Shown here piece after piece: positions 1-11,899 of a stretch of 64,000 nucleotides of DNA; the first letter of the stretch is position 1, and every line of letters starts with the position of its first letter. The DNA comes from Sarea resinae. Lineage: Eukaryota. Below the pieces are notes generated by a model. The model searched no databases and was not told the origin of the DNA. It saw only the letters and a list, made by a program, of their open reading frames with translations. Both the position numbers and the translations under genes were made by a program. Where the stretch lies: positions 1 through 64,000 of the forward strand of contig JAPEUD010000060.1 of NCBI GenBank assembly GCA_026026165.1. The letters are read 5' to 3'.

Positions 1-143
1 GTTTCTAGTAAGTCAGTCAAGTCTATATATTGACTGCCTTACACCTCTATAGCTAGAATCTCTAAGTTCAAAATACACAATCATTCTATACTATACTTCT
101 TTAGCACCTTCCTCTACTTATATCTTTGTGCTACCTTCTAACA
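1..143 (+). repeat. 3' end of a Copia-family LTR, truncated by the window edge, opposite in orientation to the adjacent Copia
   Basis: 1-143 ends ...ctaccttctaaca and is the reverse complement (with transitions and a short indel) of 63263-~63388. It is not followed by a PBS, so it is a 3' or solo LTR. Confidence 0.85.
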
Positions 144-234
144 GATAGTAATGCAATTTAGAACACCTATAGAACTTGGCTTTTTGTAACAGTTGCTGTA
201 GGTACGCAATTTTATGCACCTATAGAACTTGCAC

Positions 235-2543
235 CTATAGAACTTGTTTGTTCTTTAGGTGTAGGCTGTATTTAAATAGCCTTTAGAACTTCTAGCCACT
301 TTTAAGTGCTAAGTGGCTTAGTAAAGCTATCTGCTAGTTAGCTAGCTGTAGGTATATAATTTAGGTGAATTATATTCCCTTAATAATTGTCTCTAACAAA
401 GTGATATTGTATATTAATATGCTTTGTTTTTTAATAAAACATTAGGTTTTTTGCTAGTTCTATAGCAGAAAGGCTATTAGTGTATATAGCCTTAGAATCC
501 TCTATGCTAATATTGTCTTTTAGCAAGGGGATTTGCTTAATTAGAGAATTTATATATAAATTATCTTTTATAGCCTCTTTTAAGGCTATATTTTCTGCTT
601 TATAAGAGCTTAGAGTAATTGTTTTTTGCAGTTTAGGATTCTAGGAAACTATGTTATTATCTAGTAGAAAAACATAGCTTGTTGTAGATTTTCTACTATA
701 ATCTCCTCTCTAGTCTGAATTGCAATAACCTAGGAATTTTAGGCCTTTTTATTATGATTTAGACTAATAGATAAGACTATAGTCCTTTATATAGGTAAGG
801 TATTGCTAGATCCTATCTAGGGATTTAAAATGCAGCTAGCTAGGATTTTACATAAATCTAGCATATAGATTTACTATATAGGATAGATTAGGTCTAGAAA
901 TAACAGTTAGATAGATTAGACTACCTATTTCCCTTTAATATTGTTTAATATCCTTAGAGTTTACTTATAGACTGTTTTTATCTAGCTTTACACTACCTAT
1001 AGAAGGTGTTATTATAGGCTTTAGGCCTAATTTATTGAATTTTATCAATACATTAGTAATATAAGCCTTCTAATTTAGAGTAATCCTTTTATTAAGTTTG
1101 TCTCTAGAGATTTCTATCCCTAGATAGAATTTTATAGCCCTTAGATTAGAGATCTCTAGGTGCTTAGAGAGGTCTTTATAGAGACTATTTATACTATTAG
1201 CTGATTTGCTAAATAGTAAAATGTTGTCTATATATAGTAATTATTATATCCTCTCTAATATAGATAGAGCTATCTGCTAGGATTGTTTTAAATCCTATTT
1301 TTATAAGTAAATTCTTTAGGTAAATTTCCTACTGTCTAGCAGCTTATTTTAAAATATATAGGGCTTTGTTTAGAAGATAGACTTTGCCTTTTTCTTCTAT
1401 AAAACTCTCTAGCTGCTCTATATAGATAGGATTATCTAGATTAGCATTAGGAAATGCAGAAGCTATATCCTACTAATATGTTTCTAGATCTAGTTTAGCA
1501 GCTATAACTAGAAGTAGTTTTATAGCTATAAGATTGCTAGTATATGCAAAGGTCTTTGTATAGTTAACCCCTTACTTTTGTAGGAAGCCTCTAGCAACCT
1601 ACCTAGATTTCCTTTTGTTAACTGTATTACTAGAGTTTAGCTTTGTTTTATAGACCTACCTGCTATTGATTATATTAGCATTTTTAAGTCTAGGGACTAG
1701 CTTAAGAACTCCTAGCTCTTTTAGCTTAGTAAGCTCTTTCTGCATTGATTTTAGCCACTCCTCTTTATAGGGTGACTTTAGAGCTTCCCTATAGCTCTTA
1801 GGATTAGATACATCTATAGAACTTCTATAGGTGTCTGTAACAGTGTGATTCTCTCTTATGTGCAGACTGTTACAAACTATGAAATTTTGCATAAAGTTTG
1901 CATAGTGTTGTTGCTGCTTAGAGGTGCTAGCTATATTAGCATAATATTTACTACTTAGCTTATCTATATTAGATCTGCTATCAGTGTCTATTATGTCAGG
2001 TGTGACTGAATTATCATCACCTATAGAACTTTGATCTTCTACTGTTATAGGATCTTCCTATACTGTTACAGCAGGTGTAGGAGGTGAATTTTTGACACCT
2101 ATAGGAGTTTTATCCTCTAGATCAGATGTATCCTCCTCTAGCTCCTCTAGGGCCTCTAGGTTAGGGGTATAGCCTTCTGTAGAATTATAGAATGTGTTCT
2201 CTATAATCCTAATATCTCTAGCCTATATTGTTTTAGCTGTTTTAGGGTCTAGGAGCTTGTATTGATTTAAGCTATAGTTGATTAGGTAATAGGGCTTAGC
2301 TCTATTATCTAATTTTTTAATTAGTTCTTTAGGCTCTCTCTTATAGGCTAGAGAGCCCTAGATTTTTATGTGATTTAGGTTAGGCTTTTTGTTAAACCTT
2401 AGCTTATAGAGTGTTTTGTAGCCTATAGAGCTATTAGAGGTCCTATTATAGAGGTATATAGCAGCTAGAATAGCTTCTCTCTAGAATTTTTTAGGGATAT
2501 TAGCCTGATTTAGTAGGGCTCTTACTTTATTAAGTAAGGTCCT
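235..2543 (-). pseudogene. pol: Copia pol remnant: integrase C-half, reverse transcriptase, RNase H
   Basis: ORF 1656-1892 gives PKSYREALKSPYKEEWLKSMQKEL (RT start). YIDNIL at ~1225 corresponds to YVDD, GYCNSD*RGD at ~715 to the RNase H start GYCDSDW, and KHINIQYHFVRD lies at ~410. Many RIP stops. Confidence 0.92.
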
Positions 2544-2799
2544 TAGGCTAGCATATAGGTTAGGTTAAACAGATTAGAGGCTGTATTTACTAACTCTATA
2601 TAGGTTTCTAGAGTGAACAGATTATAGATATAAAATCTAATCTAGTAGTAAATCAGGTTAGTTTTTCCTTAGCACTACTACATATAATCTTAAAATAGCT
2701 CACATTTAATAGAGATATACATAAGTTAGTGTTATAGAATTTACATGTTATAATGTTCTCTAGATTATAATTAAAGTGATTTACTAGGGTTTACCTCTA

Positions 2800-3900
2800 T
2801 TAATTTATTGTTAAAGGTAATAACTAATAGTAACACTTATTATAAAGAAAAGATCTGTAAACCTATTGCCTTTATACCTCTTTTGCCTCTAAACTCTATA
2901 AGAAAAATATGCCTATTAAGCGCTATAACTACCTAGTAAACACTATATAACTATTTAAAGTAGACTGCTAAATTCTCTATTATCTTCTTTACTAATTATA
3001 TGTCTTTCTACTAGATAGTAACTCTATTAGCATAGATAGCTATATTATTAGAGTCTAAAAAGAGTGTTACTATATACTATTACTTTAAAATATTAAGCTT
3101 AACTTACTATTAAAGATGCTAGATATATAAAGTTCTATTGCTTCTTAAATAGTATTAATAGCAGAGCCTTAGAAATAAAAGGACTTAGATAGATACAGAT
3201 TAGTTACTATTTCCTAGACTAAGTAGTAAAATACTGTCTTTAGTAATAAGAGTTAGCTACCTTTTTAATAGTATTTTATCTAATAAAGCGCGCTTGCTAG
3301 AAGACATTGTATTACTAATATATATTACTATAGAACAGTAGATAAAGAACTTACTACCTAGTTTAGTCTTTCTATAGACATTATTTATTACTAGCTTAGC
3401 TATAGTAAAAGCTTTATTCCTAGCTAAGGTATTATAACACTACTTATTCTATTTCTTATAGCGTTTATTAAAGCTCTTATAGTATTTGTCTTATCTACTC
3501 TAATATAACTTTATAACCTTAGAAAGAGTAGAATGTTTAAAGTTATAGCGCTTTATATATTGCTTAGTGCACTCTATAATTACTGTTTAAGTAAGAGTTA
3601 AAGTAGTTACTATATTCTATTACTATTAAAAAGACTTATATAGAGTAGACTTAATAATAATAATAAGACTTAGTAATAATAATAATAAGACTTAATAATA
3701 GTGTAAGATCTATAAAACAAATAAGTATTACTAGATACTATTACCTTATAATCTTAGATTATAACTCACTTAACTTTAGAGAATAATAAGGTAAAGTAGA
3801 ATTAATAGCTCTAATTAAGTAGGTATATATATACTAGTTACCTTTCTAAGTTACTAGCTAGGATATTAAAGAAGTATAATAATCTAAAGAAAATCTATAG
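2800..3900 (-). pseudogene. Probable intron-containing cargo gene remnant of the outer hAT, product unknown
   Basis: Minus-strand gtaagt...tag intron-like segment at ~3298-3354, with codon-like flanks. No recognisable domain, and boundaries are approximate. Confidence 0.35.
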
Positions 3901-4089
3901 AGGTATAATAGCTAGAGAAGAGAGGTAGTAAAGTAGAGGTGTATAAGTAGTAAGAGAAAGAGTAAGCACTTAGATATATAGGTAAGTAGAAGTGTAGCAG
4001 TATAGTATACTGCGTGCGCTAGTAGTGCAACTCTATATAAGGATTAAGTTTTAGCATAAAAATCATTAAACATCTTAAATATAGTGAAT

Positions 4090-4155
4090 GTAAGAAACAA
4101 TAAATATAAAAAACAATAAATATAAGAAATAATAAATGTAAGAAATAGTAAATAC
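4090..4155. repeat. Tandem repeat, ~17-bp unit (taagaaacaataaata-like) x4
   Basis: Directly visible. Confidence 0.7.
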
Positions 4156-4419
4156 AGTATATACTATAGAGTTATATAACTTTTAAATAGGCTATCTACT
4201 TAGGTACTTACTAGGTAGGTAGAGGTAGAAGAACCTGCCTAGCTATAGGTATTAGGTACTTATACTCTAATTAACCTACCTAATAAAACTTAGTAAGTAA
4301 GCCTAGGTACTTATTATATAATATAAAAATAGTAGCTAAAATAGTATAGATTGTAGAGCATCTTTTACAAAGTATTAAAAAGCTGCTATTACTCTATAAA
4401 TATTACCTATATATATTAC

Positions 4420-5700
4420 TAAGTCTATTAAGTCTTTATTATAGACTAAGTAAAAGTAGAGACTAAAAATGCTAAAAGGTAGAGAAAACTTAGAAGCCTC
4501 TTATAACTTCTTATAACTTATAACTAGAAGACTAGAAAAGCCCTAACTATATCTCTAATTACATCTCTAATTACACTACTAGAACTAGTAAAACCTTAAA
4601 GCTAATGCTATAGAACTTTAACCTATATATTGCTAGAGATCTAGATACTAAAGCCCTTTATTAAAGCCTTTATAAACTAAGTGTCCTTATAATTAATAGT
4701 TATATAGTTCTAATAAATGCAGGCCTAAAGCATATCTAGAAATAATAAGTATAGGATAGAAGAAGAGATTAAAAAACTTACTTTTAAAGAACCTAACTAT
4801 AAAAACCTTAACTATAAAAGCCTTAGTAGCTTCTTATAAGGTATATATAGCTAATAACTAAAAGCAAAGCTCTTTAAAGAGGTAGTAGTAATAAGATATA
4901 ACCTTATAGACTAGGCGCTAGAAAGAGAGCTTTAGAATAACTAGATTAAAAGACTTTTACAATCTCTTAATTTTATAGAGTGCAGATGCTATAGTGTTAA
5001 AATGTTACTATAATATATTACTCTTAGAGTTTTAAGACTAAGACTTACTACTTAGATAAGTGCAATAAAGCTAGATTAGTTTAGGCATACTATAAACCTT
5101 TCTATAACTATAAAAGGCAGTATCTTTATAAACCTATGTTTTTATAGTATCTTTATAGGCCTTTTAGTGTTAAGTATATATACTAGTAGTAAAGCGTTAT
5201 CTAGTAGTAAGAAAACTCTTCTAAGCTACTATACTAGCTAGATTCTTATATAAGGATTTGCTTCTAGTAACTTATTAAGCTTTAGTAGCAGATATACTTT
5301 TACTTTTTTCTTTTCCTTTTCTACTAGCACTAAAGATAGTCTTATAAGTAGTATAGTTAGTATAAGCTATTATCTAATAAAATGTTACTATTAAGTGTTA
5401 CTAGTAGAGATAGGAAAGTATAACTTACTATATAAGTAACTATAATTATATTAAGAGAGTAAGAATTTAGTGTAGAGAGTGCTAAAAGAGAATCTTTAGT
5501 TAGTATTAAAAAACAAATCTAGAGAGTTGTTTATAGTTAGGAAAGGTTTAGCTAAGTGCCTTTATAGCTTTAAATGTTACTTAAATGTGTTACTACTAAG
5601 TAGTAGATCTTAAACTTACCTTAACCTAAACACTTATATAGTAGGCTTCTAATTTGCTTAAATTACTAAGGAGAGCTTCTAACTTAACTAAAAGAGATAG
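4420..5700 (-). pseudogene. Probable cargo gene remnant A of the inner hAT, product unknown
   Basis: Minus-strand intron signature gtaagt (~5619) ... ctaac ... tag (~5520). Boundaries are approximate. Confidence 0.4.
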
Positions 5701-5709
5701 TAAAAAAGA

Positions 5710-6255
5710 TAGAGTTAATAGATTTAATAAAGTCTTAATAATCTTAAAGACAAAATTAATGCAGTTTATTAAATCTTAATAATACTAATAATAGAAGTGA
5801 TAAAGTTTATTAAGTCTTAATAATTTAATAATAGAAGTAATAAAGTTAGAGAGAAAGAGCAATCCTTTTACTATAGGAGAAGGTTGCTAATAATATAGGT
5901 AGTTAGGTTAAATTAAGTAGTAGACCTATATAATATTAAGGTAAATATTCACTGTAAGGTATATACCTTAGTTAGTGTTATTAGCTAGTTAATAAGGTAT
6001 ATACCTTGTAGTAAATGTTATTAACTAATAAATAAGGTATATACCTTATAGTAAATGTTATTAACTGTTTAATAAGGTATATACCTTTTACTTAAATCTT
6101 ATATACCTAGTTCTACTATGTAATTTAACCTTACTACCTATATTATTAGCAACTTTCTTCTATATAAAGAGAAGTGCTATTTCTTATTAACTTTATTACT
6201 TCTATTATTAATATCATTAAGATTTTATTAATTTTATTAATCCTATTAACTCTCT
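5710..6255. repeat. Imperfect long inverted repeat (foldback) enclosing four ~40-bp tandem units, each with the palindrome aaggtatatacctt
   Basis: Arm ggagaaggttgctaataatataggtagttaggttaaatta (~5876-5915) is the reverse complement of taatttaaccttactacctatattattagcaactttcttc (~6121-6160), and similarity extends outward. Palindromes start at 5956, 5994, 6034 and 6074. Confidence 0.9.
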
Positions 6256-6284
6256 AACTGTTTAGGTAGTAGAAAGTAATAAGA

Positions 6285-8350
6285 TAGCTAGCTAATTTCT
6301 CTTTAAATTACTTATATCTCTTATAAGCTCTTTTTAAGATAAGGTAGCTATAGAGAATACTATTATTATAAAGAAGAGGTGAGTTTTAGACTTTTATATA
6401 AGATAAAAGTAAGGTGAAACTAACTTTTTCCTAGATATTATAGCTTACTAGCAGCTCTAAGCTAAGGGTAATATATTAAGGTAATAATAGTACTATAGAA
6501 GGCTTATATTAGTGTAGGAAATAATAAAAGCTTAAGAAAGCTAAATCTAGTATAACTAAGCTAAGTCTAGATATAGAAGAATATAAAGACAATAATTAAT
6601 TACCTATAGATCTTAAGGATAGAGTTATAAACAATTCCTAGTATAGTAGTAGCAGTTAGAAAAGAAGTAGTAATAAGAAGATAGATAGTAAGGCTAGGTA
6701 ATGCATTTAAGTAACACTTTCTATAGATATCTGCTAATAGTGCTACTCTAGTAATAATAGCAGCAATAAAGTTAAGATAGTCTTTATAGTTAAGAAGATA
6801 AAAGCAAAGTTCTTAGATAAGGTTAGAAAAGCAAAGTTTTTAGATAAAGTAAAAAAGGCTTATAAGAAGTAGAAGCAGTAATATATCCTAGTAATAATTC
6901 TAAATACAAAGCTAATAAAGTAATAGGACTATATCTAAGAGATAGAAGTAGAAAGATACTAACCTTAATAATAAGCTAGAGAGCTTAGACTCTTTTACTT
7001 TTAAGAAGAGATATCTAAGGTAATATATTTAGGTAATATTGTTTGCTAGTAACTAATATTAGTGCAACTTATAGTGCAACCTCTATAACTTCCTCTTACT
7101 CTAAGAGAATATTTAACCTAGAGATAGCTAGCCTAGTAGAACATGTAAAAGCCTATCTATAAAGACATTATACTAGTAAGATAAGGCTTAGAATAATTCT
7201 CTATAGTAAACAACAATAGATTACTAGAGTATAGCTTAAAGAAGCAAAGTCTAAAGCATTAGAGTTAGAGCTAGATAGTAAACTCAGCGATACTAAGTTT
7301 AAGAAGACACTAAAAAAAGCAGATAGAGTAGATAGAAAAGCAAAATCTACTTTAAGAGGCAAACTCTACTATAAGAATAGTTATGCTAGTATAATAACAG
7401 CAAAACAATAAGACTTTAAAGAGACTATTATAGACTCTAAAATAGACAAACTAATAGAACAACGCTTTTTCCTCTATTAGTCTGCTAAGTAGGTTACTAT
7501 ATAGTAGTAAAAGGCTATTAAGGTAAAGAAAGTAAAGGCTAAGGATAATAAGTAGATAGTTAAGGATATTATTAATATCTTACTACTTAAAGACAATAGA
7601 GATAGCTAACCTAATAGTAGTGCTAATCCTAAGGTAACACTTTTAGGTAATATTTCTTTACAGCATCTATCTAACTAGTTTAGCAAGGAGAAAATCTAGA
7701 TAAGCCTAACTTATTATTTAGAGTATAGAGTAAACGCATTAGAAGTTGCTTACTAAAAGTAGTTTGCTGCTATAAGAGAGATATCTCTTGCTATAGCTAT
7801 AATAACCTAGTAGAAGCTAGTGATCTTAATTTAAAGGATATAATGTTAGAGTTTATAGAGTAAGTTAAGGACTATATAACTCTCTCTAATAGTAATATAA
7901 AGGCTAAGACTAATTTTACTAGGTTTAGCAATTTAGAAGCAGAAGTATTTCTATTATTTAATAAGGATATTAACCTAATATTAAGTGATAAGAAAGACTT
8001 TATACTGCTAACTATAGGAAAGAAAACTTAGCTAGAGAATATTCCTAAAAGAGAGGACATTTATAAAGGACTTAAAGAAGAGGAATCTACTATTACTAGG
8101 TCTGCTATAGAGGAACCTCTACTAGTAACAGCTAAGAATATTCCTATTAATATAAAGAAGAGTAAGGATAACTCTACTAATAATGCTAAAGAGAAAGGCT
8201 CTAGTCTAATACTACTAAGGATAGTAATAAGTAGAGAGGTAGGTATAGCTAAGTGGCTTTTCTTTATTAGTCTATATTTGCCTAAGGATAGGTTTTCACT
8301 TTTTCTCTAGAATTTAGTTGACTAAGAAGGTAACACTTACTAGTAACATT
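6285..8350 (+). pseudogene. Multi-exon cargo gene remnant B of the inner hAT (charged, coiled-coil-like), product unknown
   Basis: Canonical fungal intron at 6379-6434 (gtgagt...actaac...tag) and a second intron-like segment at ~7020-7074. Purine-rich, K/E-rich coding pattern. Confidence 0.55.
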
Positions 8351-8429
8351 ATATATAATAATTATATTAGGAATGCATATTCTCTTAATTAAATCTTAGC
8401 TATATAAAGTCTATCCTATAACTCTAGTA

Positions 8430-11150
8430 GATAGCTGTATTGTATTACTCTCTATATAGTCTCTCTACTATATTTATTTAGTAATACTTAACTTAGCAAC
8501 CTTTTATATTAATATTTAAGCAAATACTTCTCTAATTAAAAGCACTTCTTATATCTTTACTCTATAATACATTCTAAGGCCTTTTACATTCTTTTGTTGT
8601 TATAAAATCATTCTTTATAATATCTAAATTATTTTAAACATTAGACTATAAGGAACTTAATAATAGTATATAAAGATCTATAGCTATTAAGTCTAAACCT
8701 ATAACTATTACTTTAACTTTAAATTATAATGTTCTAGAGTTATTATAGTAAGATCCTACACAGTGTATAGTTATCTAGCAGCAGTTATATTATAATACTT
8801 TTATATTATAGTAGAAGCAGACTCTCTATATAGATATAAGTTAATATAGAAGCCTTTAGTAGGATTCTAGGTTGTAGAAAAGTATAACCTAGTCTTTCTT
8901 CTTCTAAGTTGCTAATATTGCAACTAGCTGCCTAGAGGTAATATATTAACAATATAGACGTTAATAAAGGCATCTTAGTCTAAAAAGCATTAGCACTTCT
9001 ATAATAAAACAACACTATAGCTCTTTAGATTGTGCTTAGTCTCTTATAGCAAGCTTAATATATACACTTAAGGCTCTTTAGACTATAGTAAGATACTGCT
9101 CTATATAATAGATCTCTTAAGCTAATACTTCTATCTTAATGCTAGTAATATACTATAGTATTAAAGACTCTCTAAACCTTAGAGCTATTCTTTTAGTTAA
9201 GCTAGTAGCGCTTTCTTCTTAAGTTAATTCTATTAGCAAATCTTCTATAGCAGATTATAGAAAACTACTAGTTCTAATAAATCTTCTTTCTTTACTAGCT
9301 AGACCTTTAAATTCTAAGGCGATAGTAGGTTTATAATAGTATTTATAATTAATATACAGAGATTTTACTAAGGATCCTATAGAAACTAGGCCTAGAAATA
9401 AAAATTTCTATTGCACTAGATATATAGCAGAGTCTAAATAAGATCTCTTTTCTTTCTATAATAGAGTATTTTATTAATAAGGACTAGAATTACTAGGAGG
9501 TCCTTATAGAGTTTAAGAAGATAACTAGAGAGCACTCTAGTTATAACATAGCTATATTACTACTTAATTAACTTTAGTGTTTTAATATTTAGGTTTGTTT
9601 CTTATCTTTATAGTAAGGTTTTTAGGTAACATTATATTGTAGGATTATATATTAGCTGTAACAACAAATAATGCAAGTAATAATAACATAATATATTAAG
9701 AGCTAATAAGCTTACTTGCTAATTACTATTAGATTGTATAGGATTATAAGGTTGCTTATATTCCTTACCTTATGTATATTATTTAGCTTATAGTTATAGC
9801 TTTTAATAAGTGCCTAAAAATTACTGCTTTAAATAACTCTATATAAGACACCTAGTTAGATATAAACTAAGAGCTTCTTTAGCAGCTTCTTTCTAAAGAC
9901 TCTTTTAGCAGCATGCTATAGAAAGTAAATTCTAATAATACTTATCTATTGCTATCTCTAAAGTCTCTAGATTTATACACTTACTATCTATATTATAGCT
10001 TTATTATAACAAATAGCGCGCTTTTATAATCTGCAGCTAATGCTAGTAAATATAATCTAAGATATTAAAACTTAATAGAACTTAATATATAATATGCTAA
10101 AGCAGGCCTAGCAGCTATAAGATACTCTTTAAATATTTCTTATTAGTAAAAACAGTCTTACTATATATAGAGCTTATATCTCTTTTACTAGTTAGGACTA
10201 TATTGCTATCTAATTATCTTACTAAAGCTATTTAATAATTAGATAAGAGCTATATCTTAGACTAAAAGAGTAACTATTTATAAGACCTAGTTTATATACT
10301 CTTAAATCTTTAAGCACTTAAAGAAGTATCTAAATAAGATATAGCTTAAGCAAACACTCTAGAAATAAGAGCTTACTTCTGCTATAAAAGTAGTAAAGAC
10401 TAAGCTTTCTAAGTACTACTAAGATACTAAAGGCATATATAGGACAATGTTTAATCTAGCATGTATCTTTAATCCTTTAATAAGGCTTAATCTATATAGA
10501 GTATATTACTTAAATCTATTACCTTTATCTTATTCTCTAGGAATTTTTTGCTAATAGCTAAGAAGTCTAATAACTAGGGCTACAAATATTTGTAAAAGTA
10601 CTAGCGCGAATTTTAAGGAATATTATTAGTTGCATTATATAAGGACTAAAGTTGCTTCTTTAGATATTACTACACTCCTTATATTAGCATTAGATATTAA
10701 TTTACTTGCTTAAGCTAAGACACTTTAAAAGCAGTATTACTTTATTAAGGATCTAATTAGTTAGTATCTATCTTTACTAGCTACAGACTATAAGGATCTC
10801 TTATAGGTAACACTTTTAAGTAATATTCTAGTGTAAAAATGCTAATATTCTACTAGTTCTAGCAAATATACTACTAGCTCTTACTTAAACAAATAGTGAA
10901 AGATATTCTTACTATACCTAGAGCTACTATTAGTGTTAAGCAGACTTTTAATAAGGTATAGGACCTTATTACCTTTTATTAAAGCTAGCTTTTAGCAGAA
11001 ACAGTTTAGAACACTATAGTTATAAAGCACTTTAATTGCAATAAACTTTGTTTATATATTAGTAAAAGTAAATCTAATAGTATTTTTAAAGAAACTATTT
11101 ATTAACACTTGCTATTAGCTGAATTTAATAATTATTTACTTGTTATTAGT
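8430..11150 (+). pseudogene. hAT transposase remnant (inner element)
   Basis: ILAVTTNNASNN at ~9650 corresponds to the TDNASN catalytic Asp motif. PYLMYII at ~9765 corresponds to CxxH, DIKT**NLIYNML at ~10062 to DVxTRWNST, and GATISVKQTF-like at ~10920 to the dimerisation-domain xxVERxF motif. Confidence 0.88.
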
Positions 11151-11493
11151 AATAATAAGGAGCTAATCTTAGTTAATAGTGAGCCTGCAATATAGAATAA
11201 TATAGACCTATATAGGTTTTCTAGTAATAAACACTCTTTACTACTTCTAGCTCTACTTAGAGTGTAGATAGATACAGCTGCTTTATAGCAGCAATCTTTG
11301 CTTTAACGCTCTAGGTAACACAATTCTTAATATATATTATCTTAAAGAAAGCGCCTGCGTTTAACTATAGATAATCTATTTATTAGATTAAAGGTATAGA
11401 GGTACTCTTTTAGAACTAGTCTATTTCTTTCTTAATTGCATAAATAATTATATATATAGTTGTTTACTTTATACATACTATAGTATATACTAG

Positions 11494-11880
11494 TGTGAGA
11501 GATCAAACTAGATCGCACTAGATAAGTGCTAGACAGTCCTAAAGATATAAGAACTGCTGAATTGTAATAGCGCTGCTATGCTTAATAGTTGTTAAGTGTG
11601 TTACTATCTTAGGTCTCGCTACTAATATGTCTTAGAGAACTTAAATAGGCAGCAGAACAAGTGTATCGATTAATATAAGCTATTAGCCTATAGCCTAGTA
11701 ACTAAGCAATAAGAGGAAGAGAAAAACTAATGTGCTAACTGCTTGCTTAACTAAATGCTAGAAAACTAATAACTAAATGCGTGTATAAAGAACTAATAAT
11801 GCCTCCTTTTAAACCTCTAAAGAACACAACCCTACTACTAACACCTAATAACTAAGCTATTGCTAGTTTACCCTATTATA
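11494..11880 (-). repeat. 3' LTR of the Ylt1-like Gypsy
   Basis: Direct repeat of 22868-23254, adjacent to the polypurine tract ggagagaagga (minus strand). Confidence 0.95.
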
Positions 11881-11899
11881 TCCTTCTCTCCTACAAAAA

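Noticed and set aside
1..143. 3' LTR of the adjacent minus-strand Copia
   Set aside because: Wrong orientation relative to the PBS-defined 5' LTR, and no adjacent PPT.
5956..6087. CRISPR-like array of palindromic repeats
   Set aside because: The spacers resemble each other (a tandem repeat), the repeat is only 14 bp, there are no cas genes, and the context is eukaryotic.
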